Below, piece after piece: positions 28,755-39,143 of a DNA stretch of 64,000 nucleotides (the stretch's first letter is position 1; every line of letters starts with the position of its first letter). A program made the translations under genes and the position numbers. Source of the DNA: a virus. The DNA is taken from IMG/VR virus record IMGVR_UViG_3300047089_000152, positions 1-64,000 of that record; one strand, given 5' to 3'. The notes under the pieces were generated by a model. It was not told the origin of the DNA, made no database searches, and saw only the letters and a list, made by a program, of their open reading frames with translations.

Positions 28755-29144
28755 TTAGCCTATTTGCTGACCGTTCGCTGTCCTGGCTTGTGCTGCGCGT
28801 GCTTCGCGGAGGCTCTCTACGGTGGCGTTGACGATCATGTCGATCTCTTTCTGGGTGGGTTGCCAGGATGGGAACGGTCGGAACTGCATGATTTCCCTGC
28901 CTGGCCCGGTCAGGTCGACGCCGCGTATGGCGATCGCGACCCCGACCGTCATCGCGTTGACCATCGGTACGACGATGAAGTCCCACGCGCGGATTTCCAG
29001 GCCGAGCAGGGGGGTTTTCTTCAGCGCGTCGGAGATCATCGGGACGATCCGTTCCCGCATCGAATCGTAGGCGGGGGGTCCATGACCCAGCGTCTTCCCT
29101 GACAAGATGTGTTCCGGCCGGGCCGGCAGGTCGTCACGTTGCAT
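28755..29144 (-). CDS. Hypothetical protein
   Basis: Leaderless-type -10 (TAAAGT) just upstream. Confidence 0.6.
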   Translation of the reverse strand: MQRDDLPARPEHILSGKTLGHGPPAYDSMRERIVPMISDALKKTPLLGLEIRAWDFIVVPMVNAMTVGVAIAIRGVDLTGPGREIMQFRPFPSWQPTQKEIDMIVNATVESLREARAAQARTANGQQIG

Positions 29145-29527
29145 GCGTCTACTTTAGTCGCAGCCAGTCGGGTTCTTGTTCGGGGGGGAACCGTTCGGAG
29201 ACCTCACCCGGGTCGCAGTCAGGGTGTGACGCGAACCCTGCCTTGTACAGGACGGGGTCCATGGGACGGGCGCACACCCAGCAGCACCAGCGGCCAGTCC
29301 ACTCATCAAGTTTCAGGCCACCCAGGTGTGCTGCTGCGCGGCGCTGCGACCTGGACATGCGTACCCTGGACACGTTCCCGCCCCATCTTCTCGATCCTGT
29401 CAGCTGTGCGTTCCAGCACGCGGATAACCACACGCAGCGAGAACGGCCGTTTCTCCGGGCCCCGCGCTCTCAGCACCCACGCTGCGTCGCGTAGGGATCT
29501 AGCGTCGGCTTCGTTGGACCGCACCGG

Positions 29528-30397
29528 TCAGTCCATCCACAGTTTGATGCCTTTGGGGAGCGGGGTGTCCCACGGTTGCGTCCCGGTCAGGACACGGTCG
29601 AGCCACAAGCCAAGGTCGTTGCCGAACGTGCCGTAATGTATGGCGGTCATCCGCAGGATCGCGTTGGCGGGGTAGCCGAGTTTGGCGGCGATCTGCGCGA
29701 GGTTGAACATGCCCGCGGTGATGTACTCGCCGTGGAACTGGGTGTCGACCGGTGGTGCCGACCATCCGAGCGCGGCCAGGTCCGGGAGGGCACCGTGGTA
29801 GATGGACGTGTCGACCCGCCCGCACCCGGCCCAGGTGGTGATGTTCGCGCCCTTGATGCCGTCTGTGGACTGCCACAGGGTGTGCGGGAGCAGCCCCAGC
29901 TCGGATGACTGGTAGGCGGCGACCCAGGTGCGCCGGGCGGAGTTGAAGATGGGTGTGAGTCCGGTGGCGACAGCGAAATTCTGCCCAGAGTACAGCCAGG
30001 ACCGGACGTTCAGGGGCTGCGTGTCGAGGCCGTAGAACGCGTCGACGTGGGTCAGCCACGCGTCGGCGCGGCCAGCCTGGTTTCCGCTGCCCTCTTCCAG
30101 GTCGCAGATGAATACGGTACCCGGTGCGATAGCGGACCGGGGGCCAACCCAGTTGCAGAACTGGGTGGCCTGCGCTGTGGCGTCCTGGCTGCCGACGAGG
30201 TAGTGGTAGAGGCCGATGAAGCTGTACTTGTTGACTTTCAGCGCGGTGTAGTTGGAGACGAACATGTTGTCCAGATGGTGGCTGCCGTACCCTACCCGGC
30301 AGATGCCAGCCCCGCCGTTCTGCTTCTTGATACCCGCCCAGTCAGGGGCGGTAAGCCCAGCCTGGAATTCTGACACGTCCGGCAGTAGCACGGTCAC
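29528..30397 (-). CDS. Endolysin, glycoside hydrolase family 25 (muramidase)
   Basis: PDVSEFQ, GLYHYL, CDLEE (DxE), WVAAY, LWQSTD. Confidence 0.85.
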   Translation of the reverse strand: MTVLLPDVSEFQAGLTAPDWAGIKKQNGGAGICRVGYGSHHLDNMFVSNYTALKVNKYSFIGLYHYLVGSQDATAQATQFCNWVGPRSAIAPGTVFICDLEEGSGNQAGRADAWLTHVDAFYGLDTQPLNVRSWLYSGQNFAVATGLTPIFNSARRTWVAAYQSSELGLLPHTLWQSTDGIKGANITTWAGCGRVDTSIYHGALPDLAALGWSAPPVDTQFHGEYITAGMFNLAQIAAKLGYPANAILRMTAIHYGTFGNDLGLWLDRVLTGTQPWDTPLPKGIKLWMD

Positions 30398-30643
30398 GGT
30401 GTCTCCCTGCGGTGCAATAGCGTCTTGGTCATGCGCCAGATTTCGTGGCGTTCAGGGTCGGAGCGTGCAGCGTGGATGAACCCTCGGGTGAAGCCGTAGG
30501 TGAAGCAGGCTATGACCACGGCGGCCAGCATGAATGTCACCTTCTTACAGTATCATGGTGCGGGTCAGTTTAGGACAGGGGCACTACCCGCTGATACGCG
30601 CGTGGTACAATAGTGGTCCTGCTACCACGATTCTGGGAGAACA

Positions 30644-31774
30644 GTGACCCCCAACCCCCCCGAAGAGACCGCTGTCGCGCGCCGCGACCCCCAGCTTGAC
30701 CTGTCCGAGGTCGCGTTGGACGGGCCGCTGAAAAACATGGCGCAGGCGTGGGCCATCGCGAAAGTCCTCGCGCAGTCCTCCATGGTCCCCCACGCGCTCC
30801 GCGGTTCCCCGCAGAACTGCCTCGTCACGATGATGCTCGGGCAGGAACTGGACCTGACCTGGACCCAGGCCACCCGGGGTATCTACGTGCTGCCCAACGG
30901 CACCCCCGGGCTGCGCGGCCAGCTTCTCCTCGCCCTGATCCGCAAGGCCGGGCACCGGTACACCTTCGAGCGTACCGACGACTCGTGTACCTGCACGATC
31001 AGCCGCAAGGACGAGGATTTCAAGATCCCCCACGTGGGGTCGTTCACCCTGGACGACGCGCTGCTCGCCGGGCTGGTCTCCAAGAAAGACGGGAAGCTGT
31101 TCGCCCGGTCTTCCAGCGGGAACCCGCTGCCGTGGGAGCAGTACCGCCGTGACATGCTTCAGTGGCGGGCCGTCGCCCGCGCCGCTGGTATCGGCGCACC
31201 CGAGGTTATCTACGGGTTCGACATCGCCGGTATCGGTGACAACGCTGAAGGTCCCGCAGCTCCTGGCCCGGTTCCGTCACAGCCCTCGGCACCGGGCCAG
31301 GTTTACACCGCCGAGGTCGTCACCCCCGAACAGGACGCCCGGCAGAAGCTGGCCGAGCTGAACGCTGAGATGGCCGCGGGCACAGCCCAGACGCACGACG
31401 ACCCTGCTTTTCAGGGCGAGCATGGAGTTTCTGGCCAGGCAGATCAGGCTGATACTGCTCCTGCCGGGACGCTGAATTTCCAGCCCGCCGCACCGCCCGG
31501 ATACGACGACCTGGACCAGCTTTTGAAGCGGTCCGGGTTCCACGGTGACGCGCAAGACGACCTGGTGTCGGCGCTGGTCCACCGGAAAGTCAACGGCCTG
31601 ACCGACCTGTCCAAAGCTGAGGTGCTGATCACCCACGACGTGGTCACCAAGGCCATCCGTGGTGCTTCTACCACCGGGGCGAGGCGGGCAGCGCTGAACC
31701 AGGTAGCCTCAGCGGAACGCGACGCGATGGAATCCGCCACGGCCGAAGCTGACGAATGGACGGCGACGGAATGA
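30644..31774 (+). CDS. RecT-like ssDNA-annealing protein
   Basis: VPHALRGSPQNC...GQELDL...IYVL.NGTPG...PWEQYRRDMLQWRA. Confidence 0.75.
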   Translation: MTPNPPEETAVARRDPQLDLSEVALDGPLKNMAQAWAIAKVLAQSSMVPHALRGSPQNCLVTMMLGQELDLTWTQATRGIYVLPNGTPGLRGQLLLALIRKAGHRYTFERTDDSCTCTISRKDEDFKIPHVGSFTLDDALLAGLVSKKDGKLFARSSSGNPLPWEQYRRDMLQWRAVARAAGIGAPEVIYGFDIAGIGDNAEGPAAPGPVPSQPSAPGQVYTAEVVTPEQDARQKLAELNAEMAAGTAQTHDDPAFQGEHGVSGQADQADTAPAGTLNFQPAAPPGYDDLDQLLKRSGFHGDAQDDLVSALVHRKVNGLTDLSKAEVLITHDVVTKAIRGASTTGARRAALNQVASAERDAMESATAEADEWTATE

Positions 31775-32364
31775 GAGAAAGCCTGGTCATGGGGACACCG
31801 GTCAGGTTGTGCTGCTCCCGGCAGCACTGGGGTCCCGTCTGCCCGGACGGCAGGGTGATGTGCTGCGTCTGCTACGGCAGGTACGAACCTGACGAGCTGC
31901 ACGTCGACGGGACCGGTACGACGTGGGACATGTGCGCGAACTGCGGGAAGGACGTGGCCGGGTGATCTGTAAACCCTGCCGGAACCTGGACCACGACGGG
32001 TGCCCGGAGGTAGCCCGGCAGGCTGACCCGGACCTGCGTCCCATCGACAAGATCGCTGGTGCCGCGTGTTACTGCGCGCACCAGCCCGGTTCGTGCCTGC
32101 GCCCGGACCGGCAGGCAGACCCGAGGAGGGGAGCGTAGATGGCTAGGAAAATATGCCCGTACAAGTGGCCCAGCGCCGACGGGAAGCACACGCATTCCTG
32201 CAAGTACCTAGAAGGTCACAAGCACGGGCATGAGTGCCTGTGCGGGGCGCTGCCCCGGTGATGGCCACTAAGGATAAATGCTGCCGTGGATGGTACCGGT
32301 GCACGTGCGTCAAGACGTGTACCTGCCGGTGCGGGGCGTGCAGATGCTCCACGCGGAGACGCCG

Positions 32365-33396
32365 GTGAATATCCCCTCGACCGCCGAACTTCTACTCCGC
32401 GCCGACTGGGCGCGTCCCCGGTCTCGGCAGACAGCGCTGGGCATGTCCGACCTCGGTGGGTGTCGTCGCCGTGCCGGATATCAGCTGGCCGGTTACCAGC
32501 CGGAGAAACCAAGCGGATCAATTCAAGCTGTCATTGGCACGGCAGTGCATGATGCCGTGGATGCCGCGCTGAAAAAGATGCGCGAAGACGGGATCATTCC
32601 CGCCGACTCGGTCATCAACGAGGCCGTCTCGTTTGGTGGCGTCGTAGGGCACCCGGACCTTTATGTGGACGGGGTACTCAGGGATGTTAAAACTCTCGGG
32701 TATGGGGCGCAGCTGGCGAACGCGAAGCTGTACGGTCCGAAGCGGCAGCATCTGTGGCAAGTCATGACGTACGCCGCAGCCTGTATCCTCGCGGACCGGC
32801 CGGTGCGCACTGTCCAGATTGATTACCTTGTCAGGGATTCCGGTGAAAGCTGGATATGGGAAGGGCCGTTCGATTTCGGGCAGGTCCGCGAGGCGATGCA
32901 GTGGCTGGAATCGGTGCGGGAAACGCCGCTGGAATTCCTCGCCAGGGATTACGCTCCAGATTCGGCGACATGCAAAGGCTGCCCGTTCTTCAACGCCTGC
33001 TGGGACGGCCACGTGGTCGACCGTGACGAACGATCCGTCCTGCTAGTCACCGATGACGACGCGGTGCAGTGGGCGCTGCGACTGGAAGTAGCCCGGGAAC
33101 GGATCAAGACGGCGAAAGAAGAAGAAGCCCTGTCGAAAGGCGCGCTCGACGGGCTACGCCCTAACGACAAGGGAAAGGCGGAAATAAAATTGACTGGCTA
33201 CCCGAAGACTCTGCGCTGGACAGTCACTACGCGGAAGAATCTGGACACCGAAGTAATAAAGCAAGATTATGCGAGGGGCGGCATTATGCCGCCCCTCGCA
33301 TCGAGCGAAAGCGTCCGGTTGGAGTTGCTCGCGCCGCGGGATGAGGATTTATCCTGCCTATCCAATCCCGGCCGCTCCATGCCAAGCCATGCCTAG
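32365..33396 (+). CDS. Cas4-like / PD-(D/E)XK exonuclease
   Basis: SDLGGC, GTAVH, GHPD...DVKT, QVMTYA, CKGCPFFNAC (1+3 Cys). Confidence 0.85.
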   Translation: MNIPSTAELLLRADWARPRSRQTALGMSDLGGCRRRAGYQLAGYQPEKPSGSIQAVIGTAVHDAVDAALKKMREDGIIPADSVINEAVSFGGVVGHPDLYVDGVLRDVKTLGYGAQLANAKLYGPKRQHLWQVMTYAAACILADRPVRTVQIDYLVRDSGESWIWEGPFDFGQVREAMQWLESVRETPLEFLARDYAPDSATCKGCPFFNACWDGHVVDRDERSVLLVTDDDAVQWALRLEVARERIKTAKEEEALSKGALDGLRPNDKGKAEIKLTGYPKTLRWTVTTRKNLDTEVIKQDYARGGIMPPLASSESVRLELLAPRDEDLSCLSNPGRSMPSHA

Positions 33397-33413
33397 CCGC
33401 GCCTATCCCTTGC
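33350..33413 (-). ncRNA. Solo pentamer-code unit (putative guide RNA): 11 pentamers + GGCA + GGATA
   Basis: Minus strand gcaag ggata ggcgc ggcta ggcat ggctt ggcat ggagc ggccg ggatt ggata ggca ggata. Confidence 0.7.
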
Positions 33414-33420
33414 TACGTTC

Positions 33421-33450
33421 ATGGTATCATATAGGACGGGGAACGCACAA
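33421..33450 (-). promoter_or_regulatory. Putative promoter for the solo unit (TTGTGC-N18-TACCAT, extended TGn)
   Basis: -10 ends 7 nt before the first pentamer. Confidence 0.6.
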
Positions 33451-33462
33451 AAGGAGGTCGCT

Positions 33463-33690
33463 GTGGACGAGAGGGATGACTGGCTGGACCTGCCGCTGTC
33501 GGCTGAAGCGAAGCGGTTCATCGAGGCCACCCGGCAGGCCAGCATGACAGAACGCGAAACGATGATGGAATTCGCGGCCATCCTGTGCCGCTGCACTCCG
33601 TGGTATGACTACAGGAATCCGCGGGCTCCGCAAGAATCTTGCGTCGTGCATACAACAGTCATGTTTGACATGAAAGGCGGCTGGACGTGA
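33463..33690 (+). CDS. Hypothetical protein
   Basis: AAGGAGG RBS. Confidence 0.6.
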   Translation: MDERDDWLDLPLSAEAKRFIEATRQASMTERETMMEFAAILCRCTPWYDYRNPRAPQESCVVHTTVMFDMKGGWT

Positions 33691-33800
33691 AATGCAGGCA
33701 CGAGAAGTGCGGCATCTGCGGGAAATGCTTCATCCGCAGGTGCCCCGCCCGGGGCTGCACGTGCAACGTGCCGTGGCCCGGAGGTACGTAACCTGCTTTC

Positions 33801-34139
33801 TCACGCGGGATTACCCCCGATCTTCGCCATGAATTCCTTGATGCCCCGGGCGGCCTTGTCTCGTCCCGACTCCGTGTCGAGGTCAGCGACGATGACACCC
33901 GTGGCGATCTTCCATATCCCCGGGGGGACGGGCGTGCCGGGCTGGACCAGGGCGAGTATCGGCTTATCCAGCATGATCGCCATGCCCAGCTCGACCGCGA
34001 ACTTGATGTCGACCTTCCCGGCTTCGGGGATCAGGGACATGACGTACGCGGATTCCTGCATCGCCTTGACGGTGTGCTCACGCTGGTGGGCGACGAATCT
34101 GTCCCATTCTGGGCCCTGCGCCCAGTCGCCGTCGTTCAT
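33801..34139 (-). CDS. Hypothetical protein
   Basis: GGAGG RBS; VELGMAIMLDKPIL resembles the nucleoside deoxyribosyltransferase motif ExGxAxxxxKP. Confidence 0.6.
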   Translation of the reverse strand: MNDGDWAQGPEWDRFVAHQREHTVKAMQESAYVMSLIPEAGKVDIKFAVELGMAIMLDKPILALVQPGTPVPPGIWKIATGVIVADLDTESGRDKAARGIKEFMAKIGGNPA

Positions 34140-34155
34140 TGTTCCTCCGCTTGTT

Positions 34156-34497
34156 TCACCGTGTCAGGATTGAGACGGCCAGCGCGACCAGTACCAGGGT
34201 TACCGCCAGGGCGATGATGATGACAGCGAACGTCAGTGCGCGTGTCAGCGGGGGGGTGTCCGCGCTGGACCTCTTCCCGAGGATGGGCAGCCCCGACGCT
34301 GGCGTGGCGTTGGTGGCGACGGTCACGAAATCTTGCATTTCCTGTTCGGTCGGCGGGTCGTTGTTGAGCCGTTCCAGCGTGCGGACCACGGTGGGCTGGG
34401 ACACGCCGACCTCACTGGCGACCCGCCGGCCGGGCCATCCCAGGACCTTCGACAGAAGCCAGATGCGCATATCCACGGGGGAGGGCATCGTAGTCAT
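34156..34497 (-). CDS. HTH protein with C-terminal TM segment
   Basis: RRVASEVGVSQPTVVRTL plus hydrophobic tail. Confidence 0.65.
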   Translation of the reverse strand: MTTMPSPVDMRIWLLSKVLGWPGRRVASEVGVSQPTVVRTLERLNNDPPTEQEMQDFVTVATNATPASGLPILGKRSSADTPPLTRALTFAVIIIALAVTLVLVALAVSILTR

Positions 34498-35072
34498 TCA
34501 CCCTCCTGCTTTCCGCCTTCGGTGGCGTAATAGATGTCGTTTGAAGCTTCCTGGTACGCGGCGATTGCCTCGGCTTCTTCGGCTTCGCGGGCGAGGATGT
34601 CCCGTACGGGTTCGCCGTCGCGTGCTTCGGGGATGAGGACTTCGCCGGGTACCTGGAGGTCTTCGATGTCCAGGTTTGGTTTACCGCGTTCGGTGCGGGC
34701 ATAGTTCAGCGCGTCGATCAGCTTCCGCAGCGTGGTGATCTTCGGTCGTTTACGACCGCCGGTTTCCAGCTTGGCGATTTCGTCGCGGGACACGCCGATA
34801 CGCAGGCCGGGTTTGCTGAGGTCGACACCGGCTGCGGTGAGCATGGTGCGGAGGGTCTGGACGGCCTGGCCGGGGTGTTCAAGTACCTGTACCTGGTCTC
34901 CAGGCTTCACGTCGTGGGCTGCGGCTAGCTTGGCCAGGTCCAGTGCCTGGGATAGGTGTGCTAGCTCGATACGTTCAAGCATGGCGCTTTTACGGGCGGC
35001 AGCCATCCGTTCCGGGTCTACCATGACACCGATGGCTGGCCGGGTCAGGCGGGGCGCGTCTGGCTGTGTCAT
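34494..35072 (-). CDS. XRE-like HTH regulator
   Basis: GVSRDEIAKLETGGRKRPKITTLRKL; leaderless TACCAT -10. Confidence 0.65.
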   Translation of the reverse strand: MTQPDAPRLTRPAIGVMVDPERMAAARKSAMLERIELAHLSQALDLAKLAAAHDVKPGDQVQVLEHPGQAVQTLRTMLTAAGVDLSKPGLRIGVSRDEIAKLETGGRKRPKITTLRKLIDALNYARTERGKPNLDIEDLQVPGEVLIPEARDGEPVRDILAREAEEAEAIAAYQEASNDIYYATEGGKQEGE

Positions 35073-35190
35073 CCTTAAATGGTACCAGGTTGGACGGGGA
35101 CGGTACACGGCACGGTTTCCCTACCCTAGGACAGCGTGATACAGTAGAGGTACAAGACGGTATCCGCTACCGAGGAAGAAACCAACCCAC

Positions 35191-35565
35191 ATGGCACTCA
35201 CAAACGCCGCGTCCGGTGCAGACCACCTCGTCTCCCTAGACGACGAACGGCTGTCCTGCAAAGGCGACCGGCACAACTTCCCCAAACTCCGCGTCGGCAC
35301 CCTCCCCGCAGGGATGACCGCGCGAACCGTCCGCAGCGGCGTCTACCAGCTCACCTACATCTGCCCCGACTGCGGGACGGTACGACAGAAAACCACGCAG
35401 CGCGGCGGCCTCGTCGGCAACGCCAAGTACACCTACCAGCACCCCCCAGGCTACCTCGCCCCGAAAGGCGCGGGCCTCACCAAAAGCGACTACACCGCGG
35501 AACTCGCCCGCCGCGCAGCCCCCTACATCCGCGAAGCCGGGCGGCGTGAACAGGTGACAGCATGA
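35191..35565 (+). CDS. Hypothetical protein with CxxC
   Basis: CPDCGTVR...YQHPPGY. Confidence 0.65.
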   Translation: MALTNAASGADHLVSLDDERLSCKGDRHNFPKLRVGTLPAGMTARTVRSGVYQLTYICPDCGTVRQKTTQRGGLVGNAKYTYQHPPGYLAPKGAGLTKSDYTAELARRAAPYIREAGRREQVTA

Positions 35566-35969
35566 GAGAACTACAGCTCATCCTGTCCGACGACCTCACC
35601 TACGCGCAAACCGGTGAGCGGGTCCCCGCCGACGAAACCGTCGTGCTCGCTTTCGACGGGAAAACACGTGAACTGGACCTCACCAGCGAACACGCGAAAG
35701 AACTCCGCGACCTCATCGGCCCGTACCTCGAAGCCGGGCACCACCCCACCCCGCAGGCTTCCAAACCCCCGCCCGGCGTCGAAAGAGAAGAAAGTTCCAT
35801 CACCGTGGCCCGCGCCCGGCAGCAGCTCATCCGCGACTGGGCCGACGCCCGCGGGATGCGATCCCCCGACGGGAAACGACCCGTCTACCGGACTGAAAGC
35901 GGTGGATATTATTATTCGTATCGGCTGATGCGGCAATACGAAGCGCACCTGGCATCGCAAGGCGAATAG
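35562..35969 (+). CDS. lsr2: Lsr2-like nucleoid-associated protein
   Basis: LSDDL...ADETVVLAFDGKTRELDL...LGPYLEAG dimerisation domain; IRDWA. Confidence 0.8.
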   Translation: MRELQLILSDDLTYAQTGERVPADETVVLAFDGKTRELDLTSEHAKELRDLIGPYLEAGHHPTPQASKPPPGVEREESSITVARARQQLIRDWADARGMRSPDGKRPVYRTESGGYYYSYRLMRQYEAHLASQGE

Positions 35970-35971
35970 CG

Positions 35972-36184
35972 TCAGCCGAACACGGCTGAGCGGGCGCGGA
36001 GAAACTTGCGGGCGCAGAGTACGGGGTCTTTACCGATGCGGGCGAAGCCGATCGCAAGGTCGGCGGCTTTCTGCGGTGCGACTCCTCCCGCAACGAGCAC
36101 ATCGTATGCTTCTTCGACGCCCGGGGCCGGGGTGAGTATTGTGATGCCGCTCACCCCGGCCACGAATATCCGCATCCCGTCCAT
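35972..36184 (-). CDS. Hypothetical protein
   Basis: ORF. Confidence 0.45.
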   Translation of the reverse strand: MDGMRIFVAGVSGITILTPAPGVEEAYDVLVAGGVAPQKAADLAIGFARIGKDPVLCARKFLRARSAVFG

Positions 36185-36363
36185 CAGAACAGTGGCGTCT
36201 CTTCGTACCCTGGCATGACAGAGTTGACCCGCACCAGGTCCCAGCCGCCACCGGCGTCTATCTCAGCCTGGGCGGCCTCGTCGGTGACCGGTATCCACAC
36301 GTGGCCGGCGACACGGTACCAGCCGTCTTCCCGGGGAGCCTCGGGGATAGTCATGGGCCGATA

Positions 36364-36684
36364 CTACTCCGTCACCACGATCTGAATACCCGCACACTCG
36401 TCAGTCAACAGGACTGGCCCGGCAGGCCACAAGGTGTGCGCTACGGGTATCTCGGCTGGGTCCTGGTAGCGGCCGGTCAGCCACCCTTGCTCCAGCGCCT
36501 CGGCGGGATGACCATGAACCCACCTGTGACACGCCGCGCACAACGTGACACGGTTGCAGGCGCGTTCGTCGCTGCCCGCCGACCTGAGCATTCTGTGGTG
36601 CACGTGCAGGTCGCGTGTGCTCCCGTCACGTGCGCACCGGTTCCCGTCGCGTTGGCGAATCTCCGCGTCGGGCACGTTCACCAC
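36364..36684 (-). CDS. HNH endonuclease
   Basis: RDGNRC...HVHHR..RS.G...N.VTLCAACH. Confidence 0.8.
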   Translation of the reverse strand: MVNVPDAEIRQRDGNRCARDGSTRDLHVHHRMLRSAGSDERACNRVTLCAACHRWVHGHPAEALEQGWLTGRYQDPAEIPVAHTLWPAGPVLLTDECAGIQIVVTE

Positions 36685-37136
36685 AGCGTAACCACCCCGT
36701 CGCAGGTTATCTGTATAATGGTATGTATGAGTACCAAAGAAATCTGTGTGCGGAAGGCACGCTATTCTTCCGTGCTCAGCTGCAAGCACTACGTTCTAGT
36801 CGGCCAGCCTATCTTCCGTGTCGAGGGACGGTGGATCTGCAAGGAATGCTTCTGGGTGTAACCGGCCCACAGCCCGGTGCCGGGCGTCATCTGACGCCCG
36901 GTCAACGATGACCGCCAGCTGGTCTACGACTTTTTGCTGCGCGATCCTGGCCCGTTTGGCTTTACGCCGCTTACCGATCTCCACCCACCGTTCCCGTTCC
37001 TGTTCACGTGACCTGTCCATCGAAAGGGTCGACCGGCACTGCCCGGTGTGACCGGCGGGCCGCCCGCACGCGGGCGGGTCCAGGAGTGCACCCCAGATTT
37101 TTTCGTAACGGATCATTTCCCGGCCGCACCGTGGTG

Positions 37137-37589
37137 TCACGCCGTGCTGGTTGGGCATGCGCACCCCGCGACGTGAACCATGCCACCCAGCGGAGACCGG
37201 TAACACAACCGGTGCGGCTCCAACCGGGTCCAGTCCGGGCGGCCCGAAACCGCGGGGCGGGGAAGCGGAATACCCGGCCTGGCGTGCCGGTCACACTCCG
37301 CGAAATCCCACTCGTACACGGTGGCATGACACAACGGGCATTTGCGGTTCTGCCGCAGCTGCTGGTACCGCAGCGGGTGGCATTGCGGGCAGCGGGACAC
37401 CGTGTGCCCCATGTCGATCAGCCTGGTGGCCTCGTCACAGTACGAACACCAAGTTTCGGGTGCGCCGCGCGGGGTAGCCGGTGGTCGCGGTGCCTCGCGT
37501 GGCCTGGTGACCTCCTGCTGTTTCGCCTGCAACCGGGGGCAGTTCTTCCCCATGTGGTCGTCTTCGCCGCAGTAGAAACAGTTCGTCAC
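37137..37589 (-). CDS. Zinc-knuckle / multi-zinc-finger protein
   Basis: CFYCGEDDHMGKNC (CCHC); WCSYCD...CPQCHP. Confidence 0.6.
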   Translation of the reverse strand: MTNCFYCGEDDHMGKNCPRLQAKQQEVTRPREAPRPPATPRGAPETWCSYCDEATRLIDMGHTVSRCPQCHPLRYQQLRQNRKCPLCHATVYEWDFAECDRHARPGIPLPRPAVSGRPDWTRLEPHRLCYRSPLGGMVHVAGCACPTSTA

Positions 37590-38233
37590 AGGCTGGTCCC
37601 TCCGGGCTCCGGGTGGTACGGCGTCACGTGCCTGGGGCATTTGCACACGCCGGGCCGGATACCCTCCATGATCTGCCGGACCCGTTCCCTGGTCACGTCG
37701 AAGACCCCGCCGATCTCGTCCAGGGTACACCCCGCGGCGCGCAGCTCCCTGATCACCCGTTCCCGCACGCACACCGGCGTGGTAGCCGGTTCATATTCCA
37801 CGTAAGCCTGCGTGATCAGCAACTTCTGACCCCGCCGTTTCTCCCGCAGCTCCGCGTTCCGCTGGGCCACCTCCGCGTCCCGGGCTGCCCGCAGCCCCTC
37901 GGCCATACCCGACGCCAGGTACCCGACACCCTCCTCGGTGATGAACCACCGGTAGGTGGGAACGTTGTTGTAGTACGGGGACGGTTCCTTACCCCCCCGA
38001 CGGGTGCGGCCACGGCCGGTCTGCCGTTCCAGGATCTGATTCGTCCACGTCAACCGGCGTTGCAGGTTCGACATCGACGGGGTCGTGACCTTCCCCTTGA
38101 CCGGTTTGAACGGCGGGTCGGGGATGGTGAACTGCCGGGCCATGTCACCAGCGAGAAGACCCTGTTCGCCTGCTTCCTTCAACAGTTCCAGGACGCGGCG
38201 GGGGTTGGGTGGGTTGTGCGTTGACTCTGACAT
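37586..38233 (-). CDS. Protein with sigma-70 region-4-like HTH
   Basis: TLDEIGGVFDVTRERVRQI. Confidence 0.75.
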   Translation of the reverse strand: MSESTHNPPNPRRVLELLKEAGEQGLLAGDMARQFTIPDPPFKPVKGKVTTPSMSNLQRRLTWTNQILERQTGRGRTRRGGKEPSPYYNNVPTYRWFITEEGVGYLASGMAEGLRAARDAEVAQRNAELREKRRGQKLLITQAYVEYEPATTPVCVRERVIRELRAAGCTLDEIGGVFDVTRERVRQIMEGIRPGVCKCPRHVTPYHPEPGGTSL

Positions 38234-39082
38234 ACCGTTGACCGTAACCTCACCATGCTGGTCGTGTCAACCGGACGGGAACCGTAGCAGCGAAGAGAGG
38301 TAGCAGTGAGTACGAGAGAGTGTCTCAGCAAGAGCGGACAGTGCCTGAAATCCGTCTCCGCGAACGTCAGGGATCACCCTGCCTGCGTGGACGGGTGCGA
38401 GATGTTCCGGCATGTCCACGACGAGAACCTGAACTGCCTGGCCTGCTATTACGGTGAGCCGCCCCAGTTCTCGGACGACCCCCAGTTACTTGTCCTTGGG
38501 TTTCTTCTCCTGCGCAGGTTTGGCATGCGGGCCCTTCGGGCTGTCCGCGTCACGACGCCGCTGGAGGTAGCTGCCGCGCGTTTTCCGCGTGGACGCGCCT
38601 CCCTTGGTCTGCTTCCCCTTCTTTTTCTTACCCATGAGACCGCGCTCCCTTCCTGCGGCGGTGACGGATGACGACCCGGGCGTGCCAGCGGTTCATCTTC
38701 CTCCGCAGCCTGCGTTTCTCCGCTTTCACCCTGACTTGCCGAGCGTAGACGTAGCCTTGCATCACAACCTCCATGTACGTTGGTCCCCTGGTCCAGGTGT
38801 CCACCGTAACCCGAATCCTACGTTGACCTGGGTTTTCGCAAGTAAGCAACGCTCTTTGTTGCGCTGCTCTTAGGACCTTGACCTTGATGGTCAGCGGAGC
38901 TGACCGTTAGGGCAGAGCCGCGGCCCGCTGTTCAGTTGTCCAGGCATGGTGATCTGAGACACGGTGGCCGTCTCTTGTCCGTTCCGTGTCCTACGTGATA
39001 CTATGGGCATGCCGAAGTGCCAGCCCCATCTTCGCACGGTCCGGGGGCGCCCCGCAAGGGGTTCGGGCCGTGCTTCAACTTT

Positions 39083-39119
39083 TGGCAGGATCTCACGGTC
39101 GTGGCAGGATCTCACGGTC
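39083..39119 (+). repeat. 18-bp tandem direct repeat upstream of a promoter
   Basis: tggcaggatctcacggtc x2. Confidence 0.75.
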
Positions 39120-39143
39120 AGACGCCAGTGGTACACTAAAGGT

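Noticed and set aside
32365-33396. Cas4-like gene as evidence of a CRISPR-Cas locus
   Set aside because: Solo Cas4-like exonucleases next to RecT-like genes are ordinary phage recombination modules, and no cas1/cas2 is present
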